Assembly (NCBI GenBank): GCA_050230475.1 | Contig: JBFLGF010000158.1 | Coordinates: 62,001-87,726 of the forward strand | Length of the DNA: 25,726 nucleotides | Direction: 5' to 3' | DNA from: Ancylonema sp. | Lineage: Eukaryota | In this document: positions 21,984 to 25,726 of the stretch, piece after piece | How positions within the stretch are numbered: the stretch's first letter is position 1 | How the letters are laid out: each line of letters begins with the position of its first letter | Position numbers and translations under genes: made by a program | The notes under the pieces: model-generated | The model's input: the letters and a program-made list of their open reading frames with translations, nothing else | Database searches by the model: none | Told to the model about the DNA's origin: nothing

Positions 21984-24649
21984 CTGTCCTATGTGCTTCT
22001 CCATCCCGGCTTTCGGCGAGGTGTACAGGAAGGTCACTGGCGCTCTGTCATGCGATCGATTCTCCAGAACAAGCATAGCTAAAATCTCAACGATTCCACT
22101 TTTTAACCACAACAAAAAAGCACCAAGTCCGCAGCCTCTAAACGGTAGGGAAATTGAGCTCGCTAACGACCGCAAGCCTCCTCACCCCCCAGTAACTATG
22201 CAGAAGACTACGCAGATGCGCCGGTCTGTAAGGTGCGTACCAGTACTTATTGATGCGTCAAGGGCTGGAAATGACTCCAAACTGGTCAGTTGATCAGTTT
22301 GTGTTTGCTGTTCTTCCTCGGCATTCAAGTCGTCCAGGACATCGCCCAGAGTCAGCATGACAGAGAATTTTGGCGCATATCACGAGCGCCAGCAGATTGG
22401 CCCTTCACAAATTGTTTTCCCCGAGGTGAGACGATGCAGGCTACCAAGTCTCACTCCACCTCCCCATGCCAAGCCCATCACCAACGCATGCAGGAAAGCG
22501 GTCAACTTTCCTGCTAGACATTCAGCCCCTACCGGCCAAAGTACCGGCGGGAATTTGGACGTTCGTATAACATCTATGGTTGGGGACCCCGCGACCGTAT
22601 AGGGGCTGTCCCGACTGGGGGTGGCGTCCACACGGCTGCATGGTTTGCTACCGCGTGATTGACGCGGACTATCGAGGCATTTGGCGTGCCTTCCGGCCAA
22701 TGAGGACGCGTGTTACCATGAAAGTCAGTGGGCCCGTGAGATATACCCCGAATTTGACGCTGAGGCTGCAATCATAGCCGCGGCCAAGCGGGGTCGAAAC
22801 GGTCCGTCGGCAACATGTCGATCATTCGATCGGAATGTTTGACGGGTACGATCTTTCCACGGACGACTCTGACAAATACTTGACGTCCCGAGCGTGCTAG
22901 AAACGTGTATCAATCACGTGCAAGCAATAGATTCTATTCCACGTGGCTCAGCTGTTCTCCTGAAATTGATTGCATCAACAGAAGAAGGACCAAATATTTC
23001 ACGATGTCACAAAATATCTCCTCTCCTAGCAGCCCTTATTACGCCCACTCCCGACGAAATAGATCGTTGGAACACACAGAAGAGTGTAGTCTAGGACATG
23101 CCCTAACAGCTGTAGCCTATGACAGTTGAGCGATGGAGGCCTGCGAAATGTTAATCCCGTAGCACTTGATTCATCTGTTCAGACCAGCAGTCCATACTGA
23201 AAAATATGGAGGGATGCCTGCATCGGAGCTGGGCGCAAGGATTTCAGAACACGTCGTTACTGCGTCTCCCTCACTTTAATCCGGATCGGCATCAGGTATG
23301 CCCCTCCCCACATAGTTAACGCTGATCGTGTTCCGCCCGCTTTAGTCTTCCAACAAGTTTGATCGGATAAGCTGCGGTTGTCAGTGAAGCCTACATCCGA
23401 GAGTGTTCATCACAAGGAAGCAATTCTTGCTTTCGAACAGATCACGGTCAGGTCATGTCTGAGATATGCGTGATTGGAAAGGGCTCTCTAGTACTGACAC
23501 TGGAGTGGTAGTTAGAGACATGTACAATATTTTCACCTCACATATTTGCGTTTTTCACCGATCGTGTTCCACACGAGAGGTTTAGTCCGTACGATTTCAG
23601 TAGGTAGTGGCACCAACAAACAAGTGGCTTCGCGTTTAAACGGGAAACCTATTTTCATTTCCCACATGCGTAAGAAACCTGAGAATATTTTTCTTTTTTT
23701 TCAAAGCGTTTTCTTGGAATGACCTTTCTCAAATACCTTGCCGACACACAGAGATTGTTAACAAATTCTTAATTATTCGATCCTGGGAAAACTGCTCACG
23801 TGCCAGAGGCCACGTGGCCCATACCATATTAGGTCTTACTAGGAATTTTCTTCAAAGACGAATCAGCAGCTTGGTAAAACGATCCCAGATGGTTCCGCCT
23901 GTCTAGGATCTCCATCAACGCCCAATATTAGCGCCCTCTGCGCTCAAGGGCCTTAATCTTGGGCTCATGGGGAATCCGGTAGGTTAGGCCTTCACATAGA
24001 CTAGTTCTCAAAGAGAGAAAAACATAAAATACATGTACTAGTGTGGTTTAACATGCATGTGACCTTGTAAGCAATACAGTGTGACGGGCTACTTGCTGCG
24101 AGTGCATTCAAGGGTTTCTTTGGTCCTCGCAATTTCCGGCAATGGTTACTTTCCTTGGCCCCTGTCTGCCTCTCCTCAGCCAGCCAGGCGGGTACAGGGT
24201 GACAATACAACCAACCGGTTCTCACCTTCAGTTTTTTCGGTTATCGCAGGTGGATGTCCTAGAGTACGTGGAGCTATTCAGTCGCTTCGCGTCCGAGAGG
24301 CTTGGAAGCGCTATTGGCGAGGTACATTGTTCACACTGGGAACTTCCATCGTCCAAGTACACACTTCACGTATATACCTGGTTATCTGGAGGTAGTGTGC
24401 ATGCAAAAGATGTACGGAACGATGAAAAAGTAAAACTCCGTGCGGCATACTGATGCCAAAGGAACAATGTGGCTTTGCTTCCGCAAACAGACAATTAGTT
24501 GTCCAAAGAAAGCTCCCATCAATTGCTTCCCTCCAGAATACCCGCGCAGTGAATGAAGAAAACAAATGCACGTGCACGTGTGGTTGTACATATACACGGA
24601 CGGTCATCGACCATCTGTGTATCTTCCTCGGGAATATCATCTGCTTACA

Positions 24650-25170
24650 CACGCTTGCAAATCTTGTTGCCCGTTTCTGGCCGTCGATCTCACGTATGAT
24701 GTCGAGGGTGTTTGGGTGCAGCTTGTACGTAGTCACTACCCTCAGCACCACCCTACGCTGCTGGACGATGTACTTGGTGAGTACCCAGGGTGTGCTTGTA
24801 TCGAGGGGTCTCTTCTAGAGAGGGACGACTGTATCTGTAGCCCTACACCTGGATACACCTGGCATCGAGCACTGATTCCACTTTGGTTGAATAGCTACGT
24901 TTTTGCTCCGGGGATTCATGCAAATCTTAGAAAAAAGCCTCAAGCGAAAGCACGTATGTTGTACTCTCCTGAACCCGGTGTCGAATCCCCCTGGCCCCTC
25001 CTGCCAGCTTCCTTTGTTCTCCACTACCCGGAGCACTCCCACGCGGTTTTGCACGCCCTCCTCTCCACGGTTATCGACGGCGCCCTCACCTACTCCCCGA
25101 ACCGCGCCCCCATCGCCCCCTTCATCGCCCTCTTTCCAACGTCCCATCAGGTATGGGAAGTGAAGCTTCT
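24650..25170 (-). other. Possible coding fragments of an unidentified minus-strand gene
   Basis: GC-rich segment with open minus-strand frames (MGRWKEGDEGGDGG...QEGPGGFD; VLRVVTTYKLHPNTLDIIREIDGQK). The overlapping + strand 274-aa ORF reads like an antisense shadow. No family recognised. Confidence 0.2.
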
Positions 25171-25726
25171 AAATCCGTTTTTCCGCAAATCCGGGATGCT
25201 GACGCGGATGTACGAAATCCTCCGTACATACCTCTATCAAATGTCACTTGATTGCTTATTAGTGGGCAAACGAGCGTTTACTTTCCAACCTTACCTTCAT
25301 TCACCCTACCCATTCAGCAGTACAGATACAAAGTCAGTCAATCTCCCGAAAGGCACCCCTCTGTATACAGGCGCACCCCCCATGTTGTAAACACACTTTG
25401 AGAAATTTGGAATCCTCAGCTTGAATTCTATGTCTGAATACAACCCTCTTTCTAAGCACACCCTCTTTACAGCACCTCAATTTTTAGCGTCAACCTAATG
25501 TGCCTACTGAGAGGCCTGACTGTACCCTCTGTCATCTTCAGCCCCCCGACATTCATTCCCATCCCATACTCCCTCAGCATGTAAATACTGAAAATCTGAT
25601 ACTAGATACCCAAAAAAACCGGACCACCAGAACCGGAAATGTGTACTGTAACGAACACGTGGGGTGCAAATCACTTTGGAGTGATAAAAAAACGCACAAA
25701 AAATCCAATTTTAGAAAAAACAAAAA

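Noticed and set aside
24566..25390. Longest ORF in the track (274 aa, + strand) as a real gene
   Set aside because: No recognisable domain; the P/H/L-rich composition suggests an antisense shadow of GC-rich minus-strand sequence.

Overview
Eukaryotic, intron-containing genomic DNA (GT-AG introns, TE-rich), probably from a green-lineage organism; this is inferred from the domain content, not proven. The main feature is a + strand tandem cluster of highly divergent XS / coiled-coil / XH-domain genes related to the plant IDN2/FDM (RNA-directed DNA methylation) and SGS3 family. It is invisible in the ORF track because the domains are split by introns. Copy A (<1-1466) looks intact in the visible part. 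Copy B (~3370-4931) and copy C (XS exons 7474-8068 plus 15693-17568) have lesions upstream of XH but intact XH exons. Copy D is a lone XH terminal exon (18933-19211). All six premature stops in conserved host exons are TAA/TAG, mostly at Gln-aligned positions. Interspersed are a fold-back element (2709-3052), an apparently identical 502-bp tandem duplication (5906-6913), a deleted Ty1/copia element with a 3' LTR (9079-11790), a hAT-type MITE with an 8-bp TSD and telomere-like subterminal repeats (12683-13250), a TA-flanked pogo/Tc1-type MITE (13404-13986) and a 7-mer microsatellite. The last ~6 kb holds only weakly interpretable, degenerate coding fragments. All domain calls are by-eye comparisons with remembered family consensus; no search was run.
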